The notes below the pieces were generated by a model. The model worked only from the letters and a program-made list of their open reading frames with translations. It searched no databases and had not been told where the DNA came from. The position numbers and the translations under genes are program-made. DNA of 64,000 nucleotides, taken from positions 2,080,001 to 2,144,000 of the forward strand of contig CAXXVL010000002.1 of the NCBI GenBank assembly GCA_963667845.2, read 5' to 3'. This DNA is from Smithellaceae bacterium. Lineage in GTDB: Bacteria; Desulfobacterota; Syntrophia; Syntrophales; Smithellaceae. Position 1 is the first letter of the stretch, and each line of letters opens with the position of its first letter. Below, one piece after another: positions 8,927-18,194 of this stretch.

Positions 8927-10035
8927 GAACATGGGGACGCTGGTAAAAAAGTAAATTGACATGATCGATAGCTTCTGTCATATGGGCATACATGCCTAGA
9001 CAAGCTCGCCTTGACGCTCCCGGCGCATTGCATCACATCATCATCCGGGGGATAGAACGTCGCAAGATATTTTTAGATACCGCCGATTACGAAGATTTTC
9101 TTGATCGGCTGGCTAAGCTTCTTCCTGAAACCCAGACAGCATGCTATGCATGGGCGTTGCTGCCCAATCATGCTCATTTTCTATTCTGTACAGGTAAACT
9201 ACCCATTGCAACGTTGATGCGCAGGTTGCTTACGGGTTACGCGGTCAGCTTCAATCGTAGTCATGGACGTGTCGGACGCCTTTTTCAAAATCGTTATAAA
9301 TCCATCGTCTGCCAGGAAGATTCCTATTTGACTGAATTGGTCCGCTACATCCACTTAAACCCGCTCCGTGCGCATCTTGTCCATAGTATCGATGAACTGA
9401 ACGGATATGTTTATTGTGGGCATAGTGTTTTGATGGGCAGGAAAAAGAGGTCATGGCAGGGTGCAGATTATGTTCTCAGATATTTTGGCGGTACTGTGCG
9501 AAATGCCAGAAAATTGTATTTAATCTATCTGGAGGACGGTATTATCCGGGGACGGCGGGAAGATCTGACGGGTGGCGGATTAATCAGGAGCCTCGGCGGA
9601 TGGACGGAAGTCAAAAAACGTAGAGAGAAAATGTGTGATCACATGATGAGCGACGAGCGTATTCTGGGCGATGAAGCATTTGTCGATTCCATGATCGTTC
9701 AAGCTGCTGAGGCATTTGACCGCCGCTACGAATTGAAACGTCGAGGTTATGATCTTGACCGAATAGCCGGCAGAGTGGCCGATATTCTTAACATGAAGCC
9801 GGAAGATGTCTTTGCTGAGGGCAAACAAGTGATGAAGGTAAAAGCGAGAAGCCTCCTCTGCTATTGGGCCGTTCGGGAAGCCGGAATGTCGATCAGATCA
9901 GTGGCAAGGCGACTGGGCATGAGCTCCCCGGGTGTCGGCTATGCAGTTGAACGCGGAGTTGCCCTCAGTCGTGAAAATAAATTTCATTTGCTTGAATGAT
10001 TTTTACTTTTTTACCAGCGTCCCGGAGACACTCTC
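8927..10035 (+). mobile_element. HUH/Y1 transposase element with subterminal perfect 22-bp inverted repeats
   Basis: GGGACGCTGGTAAAAAAGTAAA (8934-8955) and its exact reverse complement (10002-10023). Outer ends GAACAT and GGAGACACTCTC are shared with the 10922-10960 element. Confidence 0.8.
8992..9999 (+). CDS. IS200-like/RAYT (REP-associated) tyrosine transposase with C-terminal HTH
   Basis: MPRQARLDAPGALHHIIIRG, HUH motif NHAHF, LFQNRYKS, catalytic RYIHLNP, C-terminal HTH SIRSVARRLGMS. Confidence 0.9.
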   Translation: MPRQARLDAPGALHHIIIRGIERRKIFLDTADYEDFLDRLAKLLPETQTACYAWALLPNHAHFLFCTGKLPIATLMRRLLTGYAVSFNRSHGRVGRLFQNRYKSIVCQEDSYLTELVRYIHLNPLRAHLVHSIDELNGYVYCGHSVLMGRKKRSWQGADYVLRYFGGTVRNARKLYLIYLEDGIIRGRREDLTGGGLIRSLGGWTEVKKRREKMCDHMMSDERILGDEAFVDSMIVQAAEAFDRRYELKRRGYDLDRIAGRVADILNMKPEDVFAEGKQVMKVKARSLLCYWAVREAGMSIRSVARRLGMSSPGVGYAVERGVALSRENKFHLLE

Positions 10036-10370
10036 AAGAAAACGATTTTCGGCGGCAGAATTGTTCATGGTCCGCTCACCTATTGTCTGGCAGTGGGCTT
10101 GGTCGGACTGACCAATTGGTACGAAGATTCCATCATCGGTTTGCTCGGGGTAGACAAGATGCGGCTGCCCCGCCCCGTAAAACCGGGCGACACGATTCAT
10201 GTCAATGTAGAGGTTATTTCAAAAAAGGAAACTTCCAAACCGGATAGGGCCGTCATTACATTGCATTACCAGGTCATGAACCAGAGAGAGGAAGAAGTCT
10301 TGTCGATGGATTACAGCATCATGATGCACCGGAGGAACAAATAAACCAAATTGTTCGCTATAAATTAATA

Positions 10371-10410
10371 TTGGCGTTATAACGTTATGGTGATATAATG
10401 CCATGACGTT
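10371..10410 (+). promoter_or_regulatory. TA promoter/operator
   Basis: TTGGCG-17-TATAAT, overlapped by the inverted repeat AACGTTATGG...CCATGACGTT. Confidence 0.6.
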
Positions 10411-10425
10411 AAAGGAGGTGATCGT

Positions 10426-10659
10426 ATGGGCACTGCAGCAATGCGGGCCACTGTATATTTGGACCCTGAATTACACAAAGCACTCAAGCTAAAGGCACTG
10501 GAAACATCTCAGTCCTTATCGAAGCTGGTCAATGATGCCATCAAGGAATCACTCGCGGAAGATGCTGAAGATATTGCAGCGTTTGAAGAAAGAGTAAGAG
10601 AGCCGCTGATCAGCTACGAAGCGATGGTCAAGAGGCTGAAAAAAGATGGCCGAATATAA
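10426..10659 (+). CDS. CopG/RHH-family antitoxin
   Basis: RATVYLDPELHKALKLKA ribbon-helix-helix, acidic C-terminus, overlaps the toxin start. Confidence 0.85.
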   Translation: MGTAAMRATVYLDPELHKALKLKALETSQSLSKLVNDAIKESLAEDAEDIAAFEERVREPLISYEAMVKRLKKDGRI

Positions 10660-10903
10660 AATTTACTTTAAAGAATCTGTTGAAAAAGATTTTCGTAAAA
10701 TTCCGAAGAAAGATCTTCAAAAGATTCTTTCCCGCATTAAGGCCCTTGCAACAGATCCGAGGCCGGCGGGGCACGAAAAACTTTCCGGGCAAGAAAAATA
10801 TCGCGTCCGTCAAGGGCGATACAGAATTATTTATTCTATTCAAGATAGAGAGCTTACTGTTTGGGTCGTAAAAGTGGGGCATCGGAAAGGTGTTTATCGA
10901 TGA
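10646..10903 (+). CDS. Type II toxin, RelE/ParE family
   Basis: YRVRQGRYRIIYSI...VVKVGHRKGVYR. Confidence 0.9.
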   Translation: MAEYKIYFKESVEKDFRKIPKKDLQKILSRIKALATDPRPAGHEKLSGQEKYRVRQGRYRIIYSIQDRELTVWVVKVGHRKGVYR

Positions 10904-10921
10904 AGTGAACAGTTCGCTGTG

Positions 10922-10960
10922 GAACATGGGAACATCATAGGATGTCCCGGAGACACTCTC
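10922..10960 (+). mobile_element. 39-bp miniature (REP-like) derivative of the Y1 transposase element
   Basis: GAACATGGG-AACATCATAGGAT-GTCCCGGAGACACTCTC. The first 9 and last 17 bp are identical to the ends of 8927-10035. Confidence 0.75.
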
Positions 10961-10980
10961 TTAGACATGAGAAAGATACT

Positions 10981-11364
10981 ATGAAAAAGAAAACCGTAGT
11001 GAAGACTTTGATTATTGGTACTATTCTTTTAATATTTTACCTTTTTATAGGGCATGGCTTTGTCGAATTCTATTTTGGTGGAAAAAAAGAGATACTCCAA
11101 ACTGCGGCCCTTATCAATAAGCTATGCAATGCTAACGGTTCTTGTCCTTTAACGCTGGTAAATTGGGAAGGCGAAAACGGCAGGTTAAGAAAGGGTCGAA
11201 ACCTGTACATTGCTACTCCAATTCCAGGAAGTGAGAATAATGAAAAGAGCCTCAAACCCCAATCATTCAAACTGATTTATGTGATGGCTTTTCCTCCGGA
11301 TGATTGGTTTGAGGTTCAGGGCGGCGTCGGCAAGAAAGTCACTTCAGGTTGGTCGGGTCGCTAA
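10981..11364 (+). CDS. Hypothetical membrane-anchored protein (cassette ORFan)
   Basis: AT-rich ORF with an N-terminal TM helix, preceded by cassette-type TTAGAC. Confidence 0.65.
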   Translation: MKKKTVVKTLIIGTILLIFYLFIGHGFVEFYFGGKKEILQTAALINKLCNANGSCPLTLVNWEGENGRLRKGRNLYIATPIPGSENNEKSLKPQSFKLIYVMAFPPDDWFEVQGGVGKKVTSGWSGR

Positions 11365-11401
11365 GATGGTTTTGAAACCCGCTAAATCAAATGAGGACGT
11401 G

Positions 11402-11460
11402 AGGGACGCCCGTAAAACAATAAATTGATATTGGGCGCGTTTCCCAAGCCCACCGTTTTT
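11402..11460 (+). repeat. Copy 1 of a ~58-bp repeat resembling the transposase left end
   Basis: GGGACGCCCGTAAAACAATAAATTGATA vs GGGACGCTGGTAAAAAAGTAAATTGACA (23/28 identical); second copy at 11821. Confidence 0.7.
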
Positions 11461-11479
11461 TCCTTATTGGACACAATGT

Positions 11480-11743
11480 ATGACTGTAACCATTTCATAT
11501 GATCCTTTTGAAAGCCTTATCGTGACTCTTCGCAATGATGGGCTTTTAAAAGAAGCCGATCTGCTTCACCAGATGATTCATAAGGTTGCCTGGACCTCGG
11601 GTTCGGAATTGATTGGCGAGCTTGGTCAGAGCATCAAGAAAATAAAAAAAGAAAATATTAATAGTCTTTCCGCCGACAGCATCAAGAATATCAAAGAATC
11701 CATGAAGATGGTCAAACGGGTCTGGCCGGATTTTCCAGGATAG
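11480..11743 (+). CDS. Hypothetical protein (cassette ORFan)
   Basis: 87-aa AT-rich ORF preceded by TTGGAC and followed by an attC-like site. Confidence 0.65.
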   Translation: MTVTISYDPFESLIVTLRNDGLLKEADLLHQMIHKVAWTSGSELIGELGQSIKKIKKENINSLSADSIKNIKESMKMVKRVWPDFPG

Positions 11744-11747
11744 AAAA

Positions 11748-11812
11748 AACGAACTCGCCGCTCAAGTCCATCGCAGCCCGCAGCGCCGCTTCGGATCGGC
11801 TCATCGATCATA
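11748..11812 (+). other. Degenerate attC site
   Basis: AACGAAC-TCGCCGCTCAAG...GCCCGCAGCGCCGCTTCGGATCGGCTC; similar to both other attC-like sites. Confidence 0.55.
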
Positions 11813-11820
11813 AGCTTCGC

Positions 11821-11879
11821 AGGGACGCCCACAAAAATAATAAGTTGATGTCCGGCGCGTTTCCCAAATGCGCCGTTTT
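11821..11879 (+). repeat. Copy 2 of the ~58-bp left-end-like repeat
   Basis: AGGGACGCCC...TTGAT...GGCGCGTTTCCCAA...CCGTTTT as in 11402-11460. Confidence 0.7.
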
Positions 11880-11950
11880 GTCTCAGGCCAGCAACTTCTT
11901 CTCTCCGCTGTGCCTTATGGTCATCTTATTATAGTTTGCGGGCGAAGCTG

Positions 11951-13825
11951 TCACTCGTCAATGCTCAAGCCGACCGTGACCCCGTAGCCGTCCTGCAACG
12001 CTGATGTGTTGGCCATGACAACATAAATTTCGGTGATGCTTCCGCCGAAATCATTGTAAGCAATTTGCCTCTGGGTGCCGCTTGTCACGTCTTCGGGCGT
12101 TCCCGCGGGCTGAAGAACACCGCCTACCCTCTTGAAGGCGACGAGGCGAATTCGCCCGTTGGCCAGACCGGGTGCAGAATTGACGCTGACGTCCAATGTA
12201 AATGTATTTCCGGCACTGCCGGCAAACCGGAGAATCGCCACCTTGCCGGAGACGCGCAGCATCGTGAAGGACCGGCTTGCCGATGTGGCACTGGTAACCG
12301 GTATGATGGTCACGCCCTGATTTCCCGCTTCTTCTGCATCGGCAATATTCAGAGGCGATCCCGCGGTACGCGAGGCGAGATTCAGGAATTTGTCCTTATT
12401 AAAAATGGTCCCGGCGATGAAATAATCGTAGTAGAAGTCCCAGTACAGCCCGTCCGGGCCTGATAAGGTCTTGCCGATGCCGATTGTGGCAGTCGCCGCC
12501 GTGTCGATATTGGTCATATTTATTTTTTCTTTACCCGGGTTGTTGGCGTAAAACGTCTGGAAGAAATCTTTGAAGGATGCGGCGCCGTATTTCGCCAGCA
12601 GATACGAGATAAACGGGAAGTGTACATATTCGTAATCGTCGTTGTCCGGGATGGAAAATTCATCGCTGTCGAGGCGCATGTCGAAATCGCCCATGTACGT
12701 GTCCGCCAGGGTGTAAATGGTGCCGAGCCCCCTCAAGATGTAATAGCCGATGGCGTCGGCCATGGTTTCATCAAACCAGCTCATCCCGTCATCATGGTTG
12801 TTGCCGAAGTACCGCAAGGTTTTATACTGCACGAGGTGGACGAATTCGTGATAGCAGGTGTGCGCGAGATCCTCGCTGGGCGTCTCACCCGGCTGCACGT
12901 AGATGTTATTGCCGTCGTCCGCCCTGGCGTAGGCATCGTCCTGCTCCTCAAATTCAACCGGCCAGGTTTTCTTGTATCCGGACCGGGAGCTGGGTCCCGG
13001 TTTCATGAAGCCCATGTCCACGATGATTCGCTGATAAGCGTTTTCCATGTAACCGGAAACGGCCTGGGCCTGGGCCAGATCGCCCGCCTGATAATATTGG
13101 ATGGTAAAATGTTCGCTTACGACATATTTTGCCTTGGCCGTGCCGTCTGCTTTGGCGACATTGGCAGTGATGTTTGCCCCGGTGGCAGAGCTTGTACTTG
13201 CACTCAAGCCGACCACTTTCATGGCGACAAACTCCGATATGGTCATGCTGTCTTTTTTAACGCCCGGTTTGGGATTGGGGGCTTGTTTTGCAGGATTTGC
13301 ACTGTATATCCGGGTTCCGAAAGGCAGAATCATCTCCAGCGTCGAGGATACGACCTGGCGGACAGGATCATAGACAGCAGGGGTTTCGCTCCAGGCATAA
13401 CCCGTCCAGACGACCAGCCGGATGCTGTCGGGGTCAAACCCCAGGGGATTGATTTTGAATTCTATGGTTGCTGAATCCGACAATTCCAAAAGCTGCAGAG
13501 GTGTAGTCGCGGAGAGGACGTAAATACCCGTCATGTCTATCAGCGCCGGGTCCTGCTTGCTGTTCGAGACGAATGCTTTCGATATCTTCAGCTGCACGTC
13601 AGCGGGCAAAATGCCGGCCGGGAAGATGGCTGTAAATTCATCGTAGGTGATTGTCCCGCCCCCGCCTGAAGTTATGTTTTTTGTGGCCGCCGACAGTTCG
13701 GTCATTCGCGAGATGTCCGTGGAGACGGGCGATGTTGCGGCCGATGAACAGCCGAACAGGAAGGCAAGAGGGGCAAGCAAAAACAAGAATTTAAAAATCC
13801 CGGTGTGCTTTGAAATGTTCATCAT
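11951..13825 (-). CDS. Lipoprotein with putative zinc metallopeptidase domain
   Basis: Lipobox LFGC; HEFVH (HExxH) with a downstream WFDE third-ligand candidate. Confidence 0.65.
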   Translation of the reverse strand: MMNISKHTGIFKFLFLLAPLAFLFGCSSAATSPVSTDISRMTELSAATKNITSGGGGTITYDEFTAIFPAGILPADVQLKISKAFVSNSKQDPALIDMTGIYVLSATTPLQLLELSDSATIEFKINPLGFDPDSIRLVVWTGYAWSETPAVYDPVRQVVSSTLEMILPFGTRIYSANPAKQAPNPKPGVKKDSMTISEFVAMKVVGLSASTSSATGANITANVAKADGTAKAKYVVSEHFTIQYYQAGDLAQAQAVSGYMENAYQRIIVDMGFMKPGPSSRSGYKKTWPVEFEEQDDAYARADDGNNIYVQPGETPSEDLAHTCYHEFVHLVQYKTLRYFGNNHDDGMSWFDETMADAIGYYILRGLGTIYTLADTYMGDFDMRLDSDEFSIPDNDDYEYVHFPFISYLLAKYGAASFKDFFQTFYANNPGKEKINMTNIDTAATATIGIGKTLSGPDGLYWDFYYDYFIAGTIFNKDKFLNLASRTAGSPLNIADAEEAGNQGVTIIPVTSATSASRSFTMLRVSGKVAILRFAGSAGNTFTLDVSVNSAPGLANGRIRLVAFKRVGGVLQPAGTPEDVTSGTQRQIAYNDFGGSITEIYVVMANTSALQDGYGVTVGLSIDE

Positions 13826-14187
13826 GATTACCTCGGCTCTGAAGTGTATGATCGGTTGATGTGCGGTGCGGAAATCTTTTCGAAGGAGATGGGGGTATAT
13901 AACGTCTGATATCCACGCTGGCCGCCTTTGAAAATGATTTTAAAGAGTGATCCTGCATGCGCCATTCACGGTAGTGTCTGGGGAGTTCATATAATATGAA
14001 TTTCCGGCCGAGTCAACAGATTACAGGGTGTAGAGCAGAAATCGAGAGTCCCTTTGCGGGAGGTGGGATTTGAAAGCGTCAAGATCAAGAACATCGGGTT
14101 GAACTTTCCGGAAACTTTGCGGCTTCGGCAAAGGATTGCATTGAAATCGGGGTTAAAAAAGTCTATGAAAAAGGCGAAGGGATTCTC

Positions 14188-15927
14188 ATGAGCCAGCCGG
14201 CATCTGAAAACAATAACAAGAAGCGCAAACCTGCCAACCTGATCTATGGGCTTAGTGATCCCGTCCCGGGGCCAACGTGTCTTCTGCTGGGCCTGCAGCA
14301 CAGTTTTCATGTCACAACCGCCCTGATCTTTGCCATGATTGTCATCCAGGCGATGGGCGGTTCGCGGGAAACGGCAAGCTTCTTCATCAGCATGTCTCTC
14401 CTCGCGGGCGGCATCGCCGTCATCCTTCAGGCCCTGAACCGCAAAGGATTCGGATCGGGATATTTTGCGCCGTCCGTCTGCGAACCGGCGTATCTCTCCG
14501 CAGCCGTCCTGGCCGCCAAGGTGGGCGGCCTTCCGCTCGTCCTCGGGATGACGGTCCTCTCCGGCCTTTTCGAAATGGCGATTTCCCGCGTTGTCCACAG
14601 GCTGCGCAGTATTTTTACTCCGGAGGTCATGGGGCTGGTCGTGGCCATGGTGGGCGTGTCCGTGATTCCGGTCGCCGTCCGCAATTTCCTGGGGATTACC
14701 CAGCAGAGCTCCGCGATCAATCCCGGCATTGTGGCCGTCTCCGTCGTCACCCTGGGGACCATGGCGGCCATCACGATCTGGAGCCGCGGAAAGCTCCGGC
14801 TCTTCTCCGTGATCATCGGCATGGTGGTAGGCTACATCGTTTCGTTTCTGGCGGGGTTTCTGCCCGCGGGTCATATCCACCAGATTGCCGATAAACCCTG
14901 GGTGGCGCTGCCCGATTTCCGCATGCTCAGCTGGTCATTCGATGCATCGCTCATCCTGCCGTTTCTTATCGCCAGCCTCAGCACGTCCGTCAAGACGATC
15001 GGCAACCTGACGACCTGCCAGAAGATTAATGACGCGGATTGGAAGCGTCCGGACATGATGAACATCAGAAAAGGGCTCCTGGCGGACGGATTCAGCGTGA
15101 GCCTGAGCGGACTCCTGGGGGGCATGTCTCAATCCACGGCGTCGAGCAACATCGGGCTTGCCCTGGGCACGGGGGCCACAAGCCGCCGCATCGCTTTTGC
15201 CACCGGCGGAATTCTGATGGCACTGGCTTTCTTTCCCCGTTTCGCCGAAGTCTTTGTCGTCATGCCCCAGCCGGTGATGGGCGCCACACCGCTTTTTGCC
15301 GTCTGCTTTATTATCTTTACTGGTTTTCAAATCATGATGTCGCGCATGATGGACCAGCGCAAGATTTTCATTCTGGGCATTTCCCTGGTTTTCGGGCTGA
15401 GCGTCAGCGCCCTGGTGCAGACCTATTCGCAAATCGAGACGCCCTGGCTTCGTCCTTTGTTCAGCTCATCGCTCTACATTGCGACGATCCTGGCGATCGC
15501 GCTGACCATCCTTTTCCGGATCGGCCTCAGGAAGAAAGAGAAGACGACTCTGATACCGGGGCAGACGTCTTACGATGAAATCCGGGAGTTGATGGAAAAG
15601 CAGGGTGCGCTTTGGGGAGCGCGCCGGGAAGTGATCGAACGGGCCGCCCGTGCGCTCAATGAATGTATGGAACTCATGGCGGCCGAGGCGCTGACACAGA
15701 ACCCGGTCCGGCTGGAAATCAGCTTCGACGAATTCGACCTGGATCTGGTGCTCGAATACGACGGCCGGCCCCTCAAACTGGATCTGGACTATGCAGCGCC
15801 GGGATCAGTCGATGATGACGTTTCGCTTCTGCAATTGTCCGTTTGTCTGATCCGCAAAGACGTGGACCGGCTCACCAGCGCCGAAAAAGACGGCCGGCAG
15901 CGGATTACGCTGCACTACGACCATTGA
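14188..15927 (+). CDS. NCS2 (xanthine/uracil permease family) transporter with an extra C-terminal soluble domain
   Basis: LGLQH in TM1, GLLADG, SSNIG...TGATSR signature region, many TM helices. Confidence 0.85.
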   Translation: MSQPASENNNKKRKPANLIYGLSDPVPGPTCLLLGLQHSFHVTTALIFAMIVIQAMGGSRETASFFISMSLLAGGIAVILQALNRKGFGSGYFAPSVCEPAYLSAAVLAAKVGGLPLVLGMTVLSGLFEMAISRVVHRLRSIFTPEVMGLVVAMVGVSVIPVAVRNFLGITQQSSAINPGIVAVSVVTLGTMAAITIWSRGKLRLFSVIIGMVVGYIVSFLAGFLPAGHIHQIADKPWVALPDFRMLSWSFDASLILPFLIASLSTSVKTIGNLTTCQKINDADWKRPDMMNIRKGLLADGFSVSLSGLLGGMSQSTASSNIGLALGTGATSRRIAFATGGILMALAFFPRFAEVFVVMPQPVMGATPLFAVCFIIFTGFQIMMSRMMDQRKIFILGISLVFGLSVSALVQTYSQIETPWLRPLFSSSLYIATILAIALTILFRIGLRKKEKTTLIPGQTSYDEIRELMEKQGALWGARREVIERAARALNECMELMAAEALTQNPVRLEISFDEFDLDLVLEYDGRPLKLDLDYAAPGSVDDDVSLLQLSVCLIRKDVDRLTSAEKDGRQRITLHYDH

Positions 15928-16025
15928 GCCGGCCGGGCGTAGCTTGCGGCCTCGCCGCATGTCGCAGGGACGTTTTTATCCGGGTGTGACCTCTGACCCG
16001 CCTCACAGTCTAACAGCCGGCGCTC

Positions 16026-16721
16026 CTATTTTTCTATCTCAAACTTTGATTTCTCCGCACCGCAGACCGGGCAGGTCCAGGAATCGGGAATGTCTTCAAA
16101 CCGCGTACCGGGGGCGATGCCGCCATCCGGGTCGCCTTTTTCGGGATCATAAACATAGCCGCAGACAGTGCAGACGTAACGCGCGGCTGTTTTTGGGGCC
16201 GGTTTGACGCTCGCGCTGTCCTGGTCATAGGTTGGTGCGGTCTTGGGGGATTTGCCGCCCTTCACCGTTTGATAATAAGCATACGTCAGAGGCGTGCCGC
16301 TCCCGGTGAGATCCGCTTCCGTAACTTTGCCCACGAATATCGTGTGTGTCCCGCAATCGAGTTCGCACTCCAATTCCGCTTCAATGAAGCTCACGCAGTA
16401 ATCAAGGATGATCGGGACACCGGTTACACCGGGCTTCGTTTTAACGTCCTTAAGTTTGTCGACGTCGCGTCCGCTTCTAAAGCCAAACAGGCCGATGAAG
16501 GTCATCGGTGCGTCTTCCGCTAAGATATTCACGACGAACTTGCGGCTCGTCTTGATCAATTCATGGGTATAGTTTTCTTTGTTGATGCAGATGGCCAGGG
16601 TGGCGGGTTTGGAGGTTGCCTGGACAATGGAATTGGCGATCTGGCCGTTGAATTTGCCGTCCTGACCCGATGTCACGATGTACAAGCCGTAGCTCAGTTG
16701 GTGAAGGGCTGCTCTGTTCAT
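16026..16721 (-). CDS. Flavin reductase-rubredoxin fusion (high-molecular-weight rubredoxin)
   Basis: [19 protein letters not shown]-terminal CTVCGYVY...CPVCG. Confidence 0.9.
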   Translation of the reverse strand: MNRAALHQLSYGLYIVTSGQDGKFNGQIANSIVQATSKPATLAICINKENYTHELIKTSRKFVVNILAEDAPMTFIGLFGFRSGRDVDKLKDVKTKPGVTGVPIILDYCVSFIEAELECELDCGTHTIFVGKVTEADLTGSGTPLTYAYYQTVKGGKSPKTAPTYDQDSASVKPAPKTAARYVCTVCGYVYDPEKGDPDGGIAPGTRFEDIPDSWTCPVCGAEKSKFEIEK

Positions 16722-16962
16722 TCTTTTTTCCTCATTTCCGGGTTGATGTAGTCGGATCATTCTTATAACCGAATTTTTGTGTTCACGCCATGAAATTCCG
16801 CCCCGGGTTTTTTCTTTTGACAAATTGCCGTTTCTCTTATAGTGACTTCAAACAATTGAGATTTTGCCCCTTTATCCGATCTGGCGGGCAGGGAAGTGCG
16901 CGAGGAATTGGTTGTTTTTCAACTGAATCTGCCGGAGTTAATCTGAAAGGAAAGAAAGAATC

Positions 16963-17556
16963 ATGATGACCTATCAAGAGTTTATGCAGAGAAATTCCTT
17001 TAATTTTGTAGAGATTCTGGCTTTTGCCTATGGAAGCCTCGTTACGGACCCGCCGCCTTTTTTTGATGCGAGGCTGCCCGCGCCGCCGTTCCTGATGTTT
17101 GACCGGATAACGCTGATCGATTCGGACGGCAAGGGAGGGAAGATTATCGCCGAACAGGATATCCGCCTTGACGCCTGGTATTTTCAATGCCACATGCCCG
17201 GTGACCCGGTGCAGCCCGGATGCCTCGGCGTGGACGCGATCTGGCAATTGCTGGGCTACTACTGCATTTGGCGCGGAGCCCTGGGGACGGGACGCGCGCT
17301 CGGCTGCGCCGATGTCATCTTTAACGGCCAGATTCGGCCCTACAATAAGGTGGTCCGGTTTGAAGTGGACGTCCGGCGGTTTTCCCGCTTGAAGGAATCG
17401 GGCGCGTCGGTCGGCATCGGCGACGGCCGCATCTATGTCGATGACGAACTCATTGCCACTGTTGCTCAGGCGCGTACCGGGGTATTTAAAGAGATCGTTT
17501 ATCCGGACTATCCGAACCGGTCGAAAAATTCCGTGGGCGGGATCATGCAGAGGTGA
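16963..17556 (+). CDS. fabA: FabA-type 3-hydroxyacyl-ACP dehydratase/isomerase
   Basis: LPAPPFLMFDRI; WYFQCHMPGDPVQPGCLGVDAIWQ (His/Asp dyad); GRALG. Confidence 0.85.
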   Translation: MMTYQEFMQRNSFNFVEILAFAYGSLVTDPPPFFDARLPAPPFLMFDRITLIDSDGKGGKIIAEQDIRLDAWYFQCHMPGDPVQPGCLGVDAIWQLLGYYCIWRGALGTGRALGCADVIFNGQIRPYNKVVRFEVDVRRFSRLKESGASVGIGDGRIYVDDELIATVAQARTGVFKEIVYPDYPNRSKNSVGGIMQR

Positions 17557-17670
17557 GGTGGGCAATCAGCGACATTGTTTTACAACCCGGTAGAAAAATA
17601 TTGAAAATCTTTCCCGATAGGCGCTATGATCGCGCGATTTTTTTATTAACTTGCTTGACTGGGACCGGTT

Positions 17671-18075
17671 TTGAACATTATAAAAAAGACGGCTCTTCAC
17701 TTAGCCCGTACGAAGTATTGCAAAACCGCGATTGAGGACCGCGCGGATCTCGCGGCCATTCGGGAAAAGCCGACGGTGCCGATGATTATCGGCCTCATTC
17801 TGATCGGATTCAGCTATACCATCGGCATGCCGACAGTCGTTGCGCTGGGCGTGTTTGCGGCTTCGATGGGGAAACCGCTTCTGGGTATCATCGGCGGGAT
17901 TGTGATTTACGCAATTTCCACCATTATTTTTATCATCGGCATCAAAATGGCGGGGAAAAAATATTTCCATTTAGTTTCCCGCTGGGTGATTCGGGTTGTG
18001 CTGGAAAAAATTCTCGGCAAAGATATCCGGCTGGTTTCCGAGACGGGTCCGGATAGCAAGTGTCAACAAGGTTGA
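17671..18075 (+). CDS. Hypothetical membrane protein
   Basis: Hydrophobic helices; TTG start; co-oriented with the lipid cluster. Confidence 0.6.
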   Translation: MNIIKKTALHLARTKYCKTAIEDRADLAAIREKPTVPMIIGLILIGFSYTIGMPTVVALGVFAASMGKPLLGIIGGIVIYAISTIIFIIGIKMAGKKYFHLVSRWVIRVVLEKILGKDIRLVSETGPDSKCQQG

Positions 18076-18194
18076 GGCGTTTTATGCGCCGACTTCGGCA
18101 GCAAACGAATACTGAATAATATTGTTCCCCAAGAATCGAAAATTCTCCGAGGCTTGACCGAGGAGAGCTCCAATTAAACATATTGAGGTGGCCC

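Larger units (their letters stand above)
8798..10344 (+). pseudogene. MaoC-family dehydratase split by the transposase element (8798-8926 and 10036-10344)
   Basis: N-part MRKKYWDDFRVGD...ETHMVNFACLTGDFLPLH; C-part KKTIFGGRIVHGPLT...PVKPGDTI. Confidence 0.85.

Noticed and set aside
11402..11879. Repeats as a CRISPR array
   Set aside because: Only two diverged copies separated by a whole gene; no cas genes in the window.
13830..14187. Possible purine riboswitch upstream of the NCS2 permease
   Set aside because: No recognisable aptamer consensus by eye; an Rfam search would be needed.
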